Shown in pieces: positions 27,301 through 42,000 of a stretch of DNA of 64,000 bases. The notes under the pieces were generated by a model. The model did no database searches. It was not told the DNA's origin and saw only the letters and a program-made list of their open reading frames with translations. Source of the stretch: Phoronis australis. Lineage: Eukaryota; Animalia; Phoronida. Every line of letters starts with the position of its first letter. Positions within the stretch are counted from its first letter, which is position 1. The translations under genes and the position numbers were made by a program. The stretch spans positions 174,048-238,047 of the forward strand of contig NMRA01000278.1 in the NCBI GenBank assembly GCA_002633005.1, read 5' to 3'.

Positions 27301-30048
27301 GTTTGATGTCATTTTAATGAATCCATTTAACACTTGTCAACGTGAATTCTGTCGTAATTTATGAACTCCATCTCACATACATGTAAGAGTCCGGTGAGGA
27401 ATGTATTTTAAAGTTTATGAGTTTTAGCATGAAGCTTGAAAACTTCTTCATATTTATGAAGATTGACACCTGCTGCTTAAAGTCACTGTGGGCGCGGAAG
27501 AACACTCACGGATTAAATATCGATATTTAGCGGCTGTGTGTTTGCTTTTTTGTAAAGCAATGTGAGGATTATAACTACAACTCTCATGTTTAGAATCGTC
27601 TTTCCCTGACATAGTTTTTTATACTTAAAGTTGTACCTTGAATTAATCGAAGAATTTTGACAATTGTGCATTCTTTCTGTATTTCTCCATACATGTATCA
27701 GCAAGGTAAGGCGCTACTTTGTACATTCAGTTCATAACCAGTGTTGCCAAACGCTATGCTTTACACTATTTGTAACCAGAACTGGTCATAGATTGTAACA
27801 AAAAGTGCAAGTTATCAGACGCGCATGTGTAAATGCAGATGTAATATTAAGCGTGTCACAAGGATAATCTTCAGGTTTCCTTCGAAAAGTTTTGTTCCTC
27901 TAATTTGTGCCTTGAAGTCTGTGCAGCTTTCGTCGGTCTACTTATTGACTTTTATGGTTCCCAGGCATATACCCATTGTTTTCTTCAGCTATTCGAAAAG
28001 CGGATTCAAGGTTCCTAGTGGGCACGTCCCATTCTCCACAAGCTTCAAAAAAGAAATCGACTCACTGTTTTAAGGTTTTCGCGAAAATGTCACATATTTT
28101 TGTGTATAGGCCGTTTTGCAGCATTCTTGATCTACCAATGACTTACAAAAAGTTTGAAAGATTGGTGCAATTAACCACTGTTTTCGTGGATGGGGCAGTA
28201 TTGTATAATTATTTAATCACTTAAGCGTCAAGTCACGGATCTGCAGAGAACTGATTATTGATTTTGATGGTCAGATACAATGTAGCGACAGGCTTCATCT
28301 GCAACTTTTTGCACACCAATAAAATCATGGTCAGTATTATTTTCGGAATAGGTGCAATGAGATTTTCCTGATCCTGTTTAAAATCACGCAATTTCACCGC
28401 AGATTGATCCTCGTGTCTTTTTTCGTCCTTGTAGACATAAATATGAAGCATAGCAAAAGGAAAAATATGCTAGAATTTTAGAACGTGTTTTGCAAGTTGA
28501 GTCTCGAAAATTTGAGGTTGCGTTTAACATACGAAGCCAGTTGGCACAGCATGTCTGAGGTGCCCTCTGACAGACTGTCTGATGTGCCCTCTGACAGATT
28601 GTCTGAGATACATATCCTCTCTGATGGACTGTCTGAGATGCCCTCTGACAGTTCCATGCCAAGCACGTAAATTGATTGCATTCTCTGTGATAAAATATTA
28701 AAAAAGTACCTTTGCTCATTGAAGTACAGTAAATCTACCACATCATCTTAAAACCTTAACGTTCCCAAGACTTATTTCAGATTAATATTATATAATCTCA
28801 AAAGTTTTAAAAGACGGCGCTGAAGTCATAACCTATGGAACGCCCCTAGCCTCACCTTGTGACGGGTCTTTTCTGACACGTAACGAGTCATCGAAGCGCG
28901 TCAGAGTTGACTCAAAATGTTCTTCCCAAGTGTGTCAAGTTACCGCCCCATTACTGTGCGGCCAATAAGACGTTGTGGTTTTGTCAGTGATGGCGTACGC
29001 TTCCACTTCAGTCAGTTTTCGTCGTTCTGCGTTAGAGTCACATGTACAGTCAAACATGAAATAAACGAAAGACTGTTTATCCAAATAAACGAAGGCAACG
29101 CTGTGAGTGACGAGGACTTTATGTCTGTGACCTTGATGATTTTTTAAGTGCTTTGCCAACACTTCTGAAGTCCTTGTAGGTTCCATTGGCTTAATCAGTG
29201 AAGATATACTAGTCTTGCTCAGTGGGGACATGACATATTGTGTGGGTTGTGTTTTTGTGCCAGGCAGTGCTGGTCATTTTTTATATTATTTCTTTGTGTC
29301 AAATGCTCAGTGTTTGTAACTGTCAGTGACGTCAACACATGACGATCTCATTGGTTTGGTCAACACACTGTATAACTTAACATTCATTGGTTCTTTTAAG
29401 AACATCGACAGCATCAATGCCGCGTCAGCTGTTAGAAATGACTCGTCTCGTGCCAGAAAAGACCCGTCACAAGGTGACGCTTGTGGCGTTCCATAAAAAG
29501 CGACAAACTTTATTTTTTTGGTTGAATTATTGACAAAACACTTTCGTATATGTCTGCAAAAATATCAAAAGCAAGAAAACATTTCATTCGATTTTTTACC
29601 TATTAGTTTTTTTCTTGTGTTTTTAACTCCCAGTAAGGCACGAATCCACAGTTATAAGAAGCAAACGATTCAGAAGAATCGTCGATCGGTTTTTCAACAA
29701 TATTTGAGCTTTCTTACCGAATACAATAAATTGCAGTGCACTTGTTAATCCAGTAGCCCGTAGCAGCGCCTCCTACGCGGAATGAGCACCGATTTCATGT
29801 CATTTTTGAAAACATTCGTGTTGTGCGGTAAATCCATATGGTCCACATTCTATTTATTAAGTGCACTGTGTTGGTGTGTTATGTTTTTATTGGAGTTAAG
29901 AGCTACAACACTGTGTTGGTGTGGTATGTTTTTATTGGAGTTAAGAGCTACAACACATTTTCGTTTCTGCCGACACTGCGATAAATACAGATGGTCTTGA
30001 AGTGCATTGTGCAAATAAGATGTGATTTTTTCTCGATACACACACACA

Positions 30049-30079
<31 letters not shown>

Positions 30080-33000
30080 GCGCACACACGCACAACAATA
30101 TATTTACGCTTCTTTCATCATTTTATTCTCTGAAAATTTCCAAAAAGGTCCACATAAGGGCACTTAACCTATGCATGTAAATCTAATATCTGTTTATTGC
30201 TCTGTACCAAAGCAAGAAAGTTTAGCTTATGCCCTACAATAAGCTATGGCGACCGGCTTCAAATAGACCACCTGATTTTAATATATAGCAAAACTTTTAA
30301 ACCGGTTGCAAAATGTATACCATGAGAACAGGGGGATCCGTACTGTACATTATGTATACCATGAGAACACGGGGATCCGTACTGTATGTAATCATTAAGG
30401 TGTCAAATGTTCGGACCATGCTGCCAGCGTCTGGTTGGTAACTTGAAATTGGGAGAGCTATGAGTAAACGCGGACAGATATGTCCAAAAGTAATCTCAGA
30501 TCCCACCACGGAGGCACTTGTCCTGGTCTCGCCTTAATCTGTGAGCGGCTTCTTTGCTAGGCCTTTGGTGACGTCACCAGTCAGTGATATGAATGATCAC
30601 GTTTAGGTCACACTTTACACGGGTACTACGATCATCGTGGAAGATTCATGGTCATCCTTCATAAACTTGTACGTCGTGGCATCTCTTAAAGACTTACATC
30701 AAACGGAAGGACTCTGTGGACATTATGACCACGACTGCTCTAACGATCTCATACCAAAAGCGCAGAATTCTTTGCCATCTGGCTATAGTACAAGCTGTGG
30801 GTATTCAAGTCCGAGACATCCCGATGAATTTACAGAGAGCTGGAGGTAACGATATGCATATGCTTCGTATGTGGAGTTAATTTGGTTCCTGAAATCTGTG
30901 ACAGTCGCAATATTTTTCATCATTTCGGGAGATTTTTTTATTCGTACAACTGTGTTCTACACGTGTATATCCATAGGCGTAGGTAGCGTGGGAGTGAGGT
31001 AAAGCACCCTGAACCAAAATGTTCGAATTGGGATAATAAGTACGTAAGCTACAAACGCTTTTACGTACGGGATTTTGTCAACGGTACCCGTATATGAGGG
31101 CTTTTTTGTAGGCCAGTTTCCGGTTTGGGTCGGAGCAGTGCGACTTATTCCCTTCGAACATTTCTTAACGCGCGCAATGCTGGTAGTCCCATGTTTCAAT
31201 TTAATTTTGCGACGGTCTCATCATTTAGTTATGAAATACAGGAAGTTCACATTACAGAATGTTGGCGTGCGTTCAGTAACGCTAGGACCTACGCTAGGAC
31301 CTAGCTAAAGTCTAGACAAAGTCGCGTGTTCTCATTAAATTATACGGCAATATCTCTCGTGATCTCGCGAAGTCTTGCTTTTTAGCGAGGTCCTAGCGTT
31401 ATTGATCGGGAGGCTGGTTTGAACTACGTAAAGAAATCCACATTATCACGGAATATTTTTTAAACCAATCGCTGCCCACAACCAAATAAGGATTTTCGGT
31501 CCATCATACATGTGTACAAGTAAAATATTCCTTGGTTTATGCTATTTTGTTGTTTATTATGAGGCTATTTGGAAGATTGTTGTTATGCGAATAACGCAAA
31601 AAAAAACACTGCGCAGCCAATAAAATACATCAGTGCTAAAGTCATTAACATGTGCCTTACCACCAACAAGTACATTCGTAAAAAATGTGTAATTTGGTGG
31701 AAATCCGAAGTAGCTGATTTATAACACTCTGCAGATGAGAGAGGGAATATTCCTTCAGCTGAAAATTATATTAGGCTTTGTGCAAGTTGACCGGTCATTT
31801 TATGTTTGACACATTTTTAAGCATGTAATCTTTTGAATTCTAGGGTGAGCGGCAAAAAAAGCTTTTTTGGCAAAGGTTCATTTGATCACCTTACCAACCC
31901 GTCATCTTGTGACAAGAAGGTGTATTGTGTATGCGGGGATTCAGGCGACAGCTGTGGAATAGGCAACGATGTTCCGAAATGTGGTCCTAAGTCTAACCAG
32001 CGTAAAATGGACTCGAAAACGCTTCCTCTGACGAGGCCTTCTCGCAAACGACGAAACGTAGACTTTTATGATCATTACGACTTCATGGATTACGATGAAA
32101 GTGATTACAGTTTTGTCTCTCAGCCTAGAGACGATGATATGTTACCCAAACACGAATCGCATGTGAGTTCAATTCTGGAATTTTTTATAAGAAGGGAGAC
32201 ATTACATGCGCTTAAAATGAGCGTTCACGAAGTCGTGTGTTTTTTCCGAATTATTACTAATAATTAGTTGATATTCCTACCTATCATATGTAATTACAAA
32301 GGGCAAATCCTCCATTGAACGTGCGCTACTCGAATGTGTCTTCCTCACGGTGAGAAGGGAGATCTGTCTTCAGATTTAGCGACTGACCATTAAAAGTCCC
32401 TCCAGATCTCTGACATGCGTTCACATGTGGAATGTTTTCAGAAGGCGGATGAGGCGTCCCATCTTTCTTCCGGTAGAGCAACATGCTAACACTGTATTGC
32501 CGTACACGAAAGAATACGGTACATGCTTACGACGCTATCTGTCATGCCGACAACCGCTGATGTTTATAGTGACTTTGAATGTGGAATTTTATAATGAGGG
32601 AGGCTTTAAAACAACATTAACACCAAAAGAATGCAGATAAACAAACAAAAAAACTCTAATATTATAGCCAACCGAATCCTGGCAATCAACCAAGGCGGGC
32701 AGAGTCCAACCGCAAGTGACGTCATTATAATCTAAGTTTCTCACGGAAGAAAGTTGATGATGTCGTCAGACGATAAGAAGGCAGAGACGTCTGGCGAGCG
32801 CTTACATTGCGAAGCTCCAGTCGGAGATCTGACTTCCGACGGGCCTTTTAATCAAACGCTGCATTAGCTTTTGCATGCAGAAATCATCATGCTTATCTCA
32901 ATTTTCGTTCGAGCTGATATATCAGCGATGATGTTATATCAGAATAGGTGTTTTCTCATGTGTTCATTTTTCCAAACAGTACGCGTTTAAGGCTCGGGAA

Positions 33001-36000
33001 ACCGAGGCCGGATTCGAACCCGGGCCTCAACAGTTGCGAGTCGCCAACTTTACCACTACACCACTCAGCGGCTGACGTCACCGAACGTGAAAATAGAATA
33101 CTTAAATGAGCACGGGCAACAATCACATGTTCAGCAAAGGGCATTGCAGCGACATTTATACGCTATGAAAAATAAGACGCATAATTTCCATAAAAACGAT
33201 ATTTTAATTCAATGATATTTTTCTCTCGTATTCTCTCACTTGTTAGTCACCGATCTCCAATTTGAATGCAGGTGTCGTGTGGTCGGGATCTTTTTGACTT
33301 GAGCATTATTGTCAGTTACTAGTGGTAACCTACTTTAGCAGACGATATATTCCCAGTTGAAGCTTAGCGTGATAAAATGTGTAGTAAGCTATAATAGTTG
33401 CTAAACCTTAATTTATAGATTCACTTTATTTCTATTTTGTTTTGTTTTTCAATTGGTTTTGAGTAAAAGCATTATTTTGAAAAAATATCTCGGCTTTTCT
33501 TAAAAGGTACCTCCTTCCCCGGGCCTCTGACATAGAAAGTAGTTACAAAGCCGAGGCGAGTCGAGAAAGGTAGATCGATTCATTGCAATGCTTCTCGTTC
33601 GGTATGTGGTATAAATAGATTATTACATGTTCTCAATCGTTATCCCCCTTATCTAGAGCCCTCGGGCTATAATTGTCCGAAATCCACTGGGGCTCTAGAT
33701 AACGGGGGATAACGACTTCGCCATGTAATAATCTATATTTATACTCTAAGCGGGGATCGGCGAATCTGAGAACATTTGAAAATGCATGGTTCCGTGAATC
33801 ACATATAGATGCAGATACATTTAGCAATAGTGTACGAGAACAGGAGGGTATTTTATAGGAATCTAGGAACAAGCGAGCTTTCTTAAATGTTGTGATTGTC
33901 GGTGGCAAGCTGGCTATTAACGTAATGGGCGTTTGACTGACATTTTACACCGACACTTTCAGCACCGGAAAAGGAGGGCAGAGCCTTTCAATGAAGAAAC
34001 AGCTCGCCAATACTGCTACAATTACGTCTTCAACACACAGGCAGGACAAAAATGTAGTGAACTGGGTATTGACACGGACAGTCCGATAGCGGCTTGTGTT
34101 CTGGATTTGATGGTACGACATTCATGAATTAGATATTAACCATTGCTGTAGGGAGTAGCAGACAGAACAGTCATTGATTCTTCCTCATTCTTAGTGTAAT
34201 TGTCGTGTATAAAATATGTTTTAAAGTGGAACTAACAATTAATAAGTTGGCTGTGGCAATTGATAAACGAAGACAGAAACCCGACCTTTTCCCTAATTTG
34301 TATCGTGGTGAGATAACCTAGTAAGGTCTTTATTTTACAATTTACTTAGGCCACAGATGATCCCAACTGGGCAACTGCCGCGCTAGATGCTGTCAAACAG
34401 CAATGTTTGTCAGAGCTAGATAAGAACACGACACGCTGGGTTCCGCGAACACCTGATTCCAACGTCACTGTTCCACCACCGGATATAGAGGGCGTTATAT
34501 GTTTCAACGAGTGTAGTGGTAATGGCGCCTGCGTCAACGGTATGTGACTGAGTGAATTGTTAGACTGCTTTGGCAAATGACATGCTTATCAACTGTCCAG
34601 CTTTTAGCGAGATTTTCCCACTTTTTGACAATTCGTCTCGCCCTAGAAAGCAGACATGTCATCAAATTTAACTTTACTGCAATTTACACGCAAAAACCAA
34701 ACCTAACCGTGGTGAGGACGGGACGGGATTAAAGCCACTTTTGAACAAAAATGTTCGGCAGGCTGTTTTGTGTGAAAATGCCAAACTTTCTCACCCCAGG
34801 TGTCCCGTCTTTTCGTTATGGAATGTAGCCAACTGTGCAAATGACATGCAAGCCAGCGTACTCTACTCTTAGTAAGAGATCATATTTATACCCTCGGTAA
34901 ATAAAATAAATCAAAAAGGTTTTGACAGGAATCGGTTTCATAGCCTCTTTAAGAATGTCGTAAAATATGCAAAAAAGAAAAAGAACTTGCATGGAAAAGT
35001 AAACCCTAATTTCAGGTGCAGATTTTCCTTGTTTAATGCAGGAGCTAATCCTAAAACCTTACTATAAATCAAAGTGTTGAAATTGGCTTGAATTTGTTCT
35101 CTCTTCAAAACATTTCAGGTTCGTGTGTCTGCAACGAAAGCTTTTCCGGTCCTGACTGTTCCATTAATATGACAGCCGCCCCGCTTCTCTTCTATACTCC
35201 AATGTGTGACCAGAAGACTAGACCGTGCAAGACTAACCCCGTAATTGGAAACAACTTCTTGGAGAACGACAACCTAACGTGCCATTTTTATCAACAAAAG
35301 GTGATCGCCTACTCAAGGGATTTAGATTGATGTTCACCTTTTGACTTACATGTACATGCACACACAAGCGGCCTACATGTAGGCCTACCTATTTTGAGGT
35401 CGAAAGCAGCAAAGTATTTTTTGTCAAAATTGCCCGTTTCAAAATAATTTTTGCTTTTGCCAAGTCCATAATTTTTTCACTTCAACTCTGTTTTCTAATA
35501 TCAATGGAGACGCGAAATTGGTTTTTAAGCAGATTTCATCTGTTATGAATATTTTTGTCACTATGCGAAACTAGTTGTCAGAGGAACAGATTTTCGGAAA
35601 ACCAGCGCCCTCTTGCTACTTCTGTCGATAGTGTCGCATTAAATTCTCATTTGCCACTCCATTGACTTCGCTGGTGTTACTGCCAATGACAATAGTTGCT
35701 ATGTTTGTGTTCTTATGTCCACTTTCTGGAATTATAATATCCATTTCTACACAGTTTTACTAATACTGGTCCCTGTTTTAGTAGTTTTGCCAATAGTTGT
35801 TTTACTGAGCATACTAAAATAATTCTACCATTTTTTCTCATACTAAATCATTCATTTTACTAGTAATAGTTTCATTAATACTAGTTTCACTAATATCACA
35901 TTTTCATCTAATCTCGCCACTTTAGCTATTGCAGCTCCGCAATTTCTCACTGGTACTTCTACTGTAGTTCCTCCGTATCACAATCTTCACTAAGCGATCA

Positions 36001-39000
36001 TAGTGAAAGTGTCGAATCTAGCAAAATTTGTGAACTATAGAACTAGTGGTGAAACAAAACCAGTGATATAGAGGAACCATTAAACTGCTAAAACTAGCGA
36101 AACAAAATATATTTTGAAACTATTTGTTTTTGTTTTTATTGTAATGCGTCAACGCCATCGGCCCACAGTTCATTAAAATTTTCAGTTATCAAGTGACCCC
36201 AACAAGGATTCTTTTAATTTGAATGAGTTGTACACAAATTTGAAACCATGAAGTGAACTGTGTCATAGTTTGAAGAACGGTATACAGACTTCAGGTAATA
36301 GTACATTCAGTGGTTCCATTAGCATCGCTAGTTTCCCCGAGTATAATCCCTTTCGCTAGTGTAGCTATAATCCCCAGTTTCACTTGTTCACCTAATTTTG
36401 CTAGTTACGCTAGTTTTCCTAGTGTCCTATGTTCTTTACTTTGCTGGCTTTATTAGCTTCAGATGTTTGACCAGTTTGATTTGTTTCTCTTTCACTAGGT
36501 TCGCAAGTGTCGCTAGCTTTATTTTGTTTCACTAGTTTAGCTGGCTTCAATAGTTTCACTAGCCAACCTGGAGCTTCACTAATGTCAATTGTTTCTCTAA
36601 TGTATCAAATTTCGCTAGTTTCACTATTATCGCTCTTTACACTAATTCCACTAATGTTAACAGTTGTAGTTGGTACACTGGTATAACTGGTTATCTGTTT
36701 TCAACAGTTTAACTAATTTCACCAGTTTTTTTTCTAATTTCATTAGTCCAAGCAATACTTCTACTAATACAAAACCACTTTCACTAGTAGTGCTAACAGT
36801 TTTGCTAGTTCCAAAACTTGTTTTAGTTCCCAGTCGAGCTAATGTTTTCTCTGTGTACAGATTTCTTCTGGCCAATACTCTCTCTATTTCTGGCAAAATT
36901 CGAATTTCTGAATTCGGTATATCTAACTGTAAAACTCTATGTGATCGGATCATTCTTGCAGACATTGCTCAGCATATAAGTCGATAGTTTCTTCGACCAC
37001 CTTGAGTATGTAATTAGATAGAAAAAACAAACCAATTTTCGCGTGTTTTCCATTTAAGTGTATGTGAAAGTAAAGGCAGTTAAAATCGACATTTCTAGAA
37101 ACATATCCACTGCATTGCCAAAAGGTTGTAATTACGCCATGCAAAGCGTACTGCACGCGTATTTGTCTTTCGTTGACCACCTTCCGGATCAGACACTGGA
37201 TTCTCTGTGGTATTAGGATCTCGATCAACGGATCAGACACTGGATTCTCTGTGGTATTAGGATCTCGATCAACATCTGTATCTGGAACATCTCTATTTGC
37301 AAGACATTTTATTGGCCTTTTCGCGACAGACGACGTTCACCGCAATGTGTCTAAGGCGGAGACAAAACTAGCTGTTCAAAAGGCCGGAATTATTTCCCGA
37401 AAATGCAAATGTCAGGCATTGGCCTTGCCAATGTAAAAAGTTGCACAGCACCTAAGTATTGATTATATAGGCCCATGGGCGGATTTTCGGAAAACGACCT
37501 TTCTAAAACGCCAGATGAACCAAATATGCGTCAGAGTGGCTCGTTTCGGGTTCCTTCCAGATTGGTGGCCAATATTCAGATAGGTGGCCCCCTTTGAGGT
37601 CGAAAATTGATTTCTTGTTGATGTCGTTTTATTAAGAATAAATCGTAGATCATATGTTGTTTCACTAATTTTACTGCTTTCACTTGGTTCATTAGCTTAA
37701 CTAGCTTCTATATTTTCATAAGTCTTTCTTGTTTCACTTGTTGCACAAGGGTTTTTTTATTTAAACAAGTTAAACCAGTTTCTATAGTTTTAGCAGTTTC
37801 ATTAGTTTCTAGTTTCACAGGTTTTGTCAGTTTTACTAGATCCAGTAGCATTTCTGGTCTCACACAATTATAACTATATTCACAGGTAGAACTGCCTTTG
37901 AAAGTTTTCACTCGTTTCACTAGTTTCTCTAGTTTAGCTAAATATTTTAGTTTTATCAGTTCCACTATTTTCCCAGTTTCGTTACTTCACTAGTTTATTA
38001 CTTAAATGTAACAGCAACAGCTGTCTTATAGAGACATTTTAAGAACTGCTTATTACCGATGCTAATATATGGATTGCCCCTTTTCATTTTTATTTATAAA
38101 AAACTGTTGTTTGTCAGTCATTGGTTTTGGTTCCAAATCACGAAGAACTGTGGCAAAAACGCACATTTTTTAATTTAAAAAATCAAAACTGAAATCTTAT
38201 TCACTTTGAACACTCGTAGCACTTTACCGATCTATCAGATAAGACACGTGACTAGATCGTCTCTATGACTATTTCCGGCTTTAGAAGAAGCAGCCGTATA
38301 TACTCGACAGTACCGACGAAGTTAGTACTGCCATTTCAACACAGCGCAAATTTTTGCTGTACACTTGTTCGAGAGTCTTTGAGTGAGAAAATTCTTTTCT
38401 TGTTCTGTAAGGATATTACCAAATCCATTGCATCCTACTGACTGAGTTTATTTTACTCTCAGATTGGACCCAACGGACTCGTGTCCAATAATACCGAAGG
38501 TCTTAATAAGAGTGCTGTATTCAACAATTACGCGGAAGTCACCTGCCCACTTCCGGAAATCGACGAGCTACCTCTACCACGTGACCTTGGAAAACCAATT
38601 GCGTACAAGGTGCACATTAGTAACGATGGAGTGCAGCAGAGCAGATACGGTGTTCTGATTGTGTTCAACTCGATCTGCTTTTCCTGCGACATCAATACAA
38701 CTTCCTGCACTGAAAATGTAAGTAGCAAACCACTGCCAGGTGTGTAAGCTTCTGCGTAAAAATACGCATCCAGGTAAAATACACTTAAGGACGTATAAAC
38801 TGTTGCCATTTGCAGCATACAGGTGAAATACTTTAAGGACGTGAAAAGTGTAGCCATCTCTAGCACTTCCAGGTAAAATAAAGAGAGATGCGTTCTTTCA
38901 GGGATCGCAGAATCGTCCAAAACTTGAGATCGCCTGCTAACTGTGTTATATGACCGTTATCAATATTGATATGCAGGTCGCTGTTTAATTAAAGGCAAAT

Positions 39001-42000
39001 CATACGTAAATAACTACAGATTGAATTCTTGATACATGAACTTACTTATAGATTATTACATGACGAAGTCGTTATTTCCCGTAATCCAGAGCCGAGTGGA
39101 TTTTGAAGAATCATCGCCCGATGAGCGTTAGCCTTACCAGGTCAACCTTCAAAAGCTTGAAACAATTTTGAAAAGTTTTGATATACATGTGATGTATTAA
39201 ACCGACAAGCGCGAATAACGCTTTAGCCCAGTTAAGAGGGGAACTTAGGCGACCAGACGCCAAAAACCCGGCAGCATCATTTTTATAGCACAATGTCTAA
39301 GTGCTTTAGTTGAATAGGGCTTTAATTATTTGAACGTATGGTACACGAGAAGAACATAAAACGAAGATCTGTTGAAGTCACGTGACATGACATACATCTG
39401 TTGAACTCACATGACATACATCAGATCCTCTACACAATTTATTCTACCCGTTAATGTTTAGAGCATACATGTAGCTTAAAATCCTTCTGGATAGCTGTCT
39501 GTACCTTGAAGGAACCAATGATTAGAAATCAGACTCAATTCCAGGCATGATCAGCTTCTCCACAACAGTGCATGCCATAATCTGTGCTTTACAGACCAAT
39601 TCGTGCACAATCGGAGGCAGATGTTATGCACCCAAAGAACACGATGTATTGAAATGTAAAGTTTGCGAACCATCTGTAAGTCGAACTTCCTGGACGATGG
39701 CTGAAAATACATGTGTAATAGACGACATGTGCTACCAAGCAGGTCAACAGAAACCAGAAGATATTTGTCTGATTTGTGACCCCCAGAAAGACAGGACTTC
39801 ATGGTCAAAGTTATTATGTGAGCATTTTTCAAATTTCACTGAAAGTAATATATTTCGTCACCCAAACAACATTTTGGAAGCTCTGAATACAATATGAATT
39901 GCCTCATGCATTTGTCAAATATACAGAATTACTGTAATTAACTAATTAGAATTGTTAAGGAAGCAAATTTTGAGCCTTAGTCTAGAAACTGCATGCTCAC
40001 CGATATCACTTTGACGTAAACATTCGAACTTTTAAATTATTTACTACTATTCGTGCTGCATAATTCTCAATAGTAAACACTGATTAAAGAATGATAGTCC
40101 AGTTTCCCCCAAAGCCGGAGAACTGGCACGTAATCTCCTACTTACATCGGAGGAAGCCAAGAGTGTGTCATCTGGTAGTAGTTGATTAACAGTATGCTTT
40201 TCGACGCCCAGTTATACAAAAAATATCCCTCTGCACGCAATTGATCGAGTCAGGTTGTAATTTTTATCCTCGCAGTCGGAATAGTGAAGATGTTTCATCT
40301 ACATTCCGAGTATTGATCCTGAACGATCTCCCTCGCCTTGTGTGATTCGTCCAACATACCTGCCGGTGACGAGCAATCAGTCAAGTCAATGGTGGGCCAA
40401 AGGGAACGAATTCTCAATTCTTTTAAGTCCACAATTTGTATTTATTAGGACATTGCTTTTGTTCTAGTGATCCATTTCCTCTTATCAGCCTGATCGCTTA
40501 CAGTGAATAGTATGACATGTACGACGAGAATTAGATAATGTACAACATGAAAGTTTTCAGGGTCTACTAAATTGAAATGCGACAAGTTTACGGATATTAT
40601 CCAGGTTTCATTATTTCATAACGACATCGTGATTCATGGGTTGTAGACACTTCCAGCCGAGTTCAATGCAAATCTCGTGCATTTGATTGTATAATATATG
40701 TGCCTACCCGGATGTTGATTCTATATATTGTGCATACCCGGATGCTGTTCCAGCCTCATCCTGTCTTACGGTGTCAACCGCCAAAAGTGTTCCACCGACA
40801 GAGCCAAAGAAGAACAATTTGGTTGCTGTTATTGTCGGCACATCGGGTGGTCTTGCAGCGGTTGTTATTGCCGCCACTGCCGCTTTTGCGTGTGTTGCAC
40901 GATCAAGAAAGAGACAGATGAATGTGTAAGTACACTTGGTCGTCTGCTTACGTCTATGAATCTGGGCCTTGTAATAATCTCACAATTGTAATGCAAAACG
41001 AATATAGGCCTGGGTTCCTGGGACATTTTATCTGATAAGATGAGAGATGCTCTTCGAAATTTTTGTTGGTTCAACACACACCATGATGATTTACAATTTA
41101 CAATTCGGCTGATTTCCTCTTTTATTTGATAAAGCATGACATGAGGAGTGAACCTTTTTTGTCTTGACATTTTATTTTTGTGTAGTGAAAACGTCTCGCT
41201 TACCATGGTGGAACTAGTACAACTTATGATAAAATGAATACCTTTGATTAAGGACGCTTTGCTACTAGGAGTCTGGGGCTTGTTTCAGGCCACGACTTGA
41301 GACCTTTGCTAAGACTGATTTACGCATGTGGAAACTAACCAGTTGCAACACTTTCTGAGAGTAAAAGAAGGCTAGTGGTCATTTTTAGAAAATAACGCCC
41401 AATTTACATGTATACTCAATGTAAATGCTCACCTACTAGTAATTGGTGCCACAAGTTAAAAACAAGATCTTTGGATACTACCTAATTGGCCTGTTTTTTA
41501 ATATCTCACATGCCTTATAAGGTCACCGTTTATAGCATATAAACCAGGTTTATTACGTCCGAAAACTTTTTGCCGAAAATATGTCTAACATTTAACTTAA
41601 AACAAACCTAATTGACCTCGGCCGGGAACCGGGCTTACATATTTGAACCCAAGATAGCGGACGTTGTCCAACAGATGGCGTCGGGTATCAAGCCTTGTTT
41701 ATTATTGTTTTTGACTTTTGCTAAAGAACGTGTGTACCAAATATGATGCTTAACCAAAAAGTGATCAACTGTCGAACTACATGCATGTATTGTCCGTGTT
41801 CATTTGATACAAAAAATACGTGTGAAGTTTTCATGTGCAATACTGCATACAGTAATATCAGCTTTTGCTGATGAACCATATTTTGGAATAAATTGAAATA
41901 TTTAGGCGATCGTATCAAACTTCGAGGCTGTTTGGATAGTCGCCGATATTTTGTCAGTCTTGTCCATCGCACCGAACCGAACTGATACTTATAATTCGCA

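Noticed and set aside
32996-33072. Functional tRNA gene
   Set aside because: A and B boxes are present but the cloverleaf stems do not pair; treated as a SINE head or pseudogene.
34346-34576. Antisense ORFs that appear conserved (also 38528-38920, 51946-52179, 53765-53974, 48040-48255)
   Set aside because: They are shadows of real exons on the opposite strand.
36657-37965. Leu/Lys/Val-rich minus-strand ORFs resembling coiled-coil proteins
   Set aside because: They arise from the degenerate tagtttcac repeat region.
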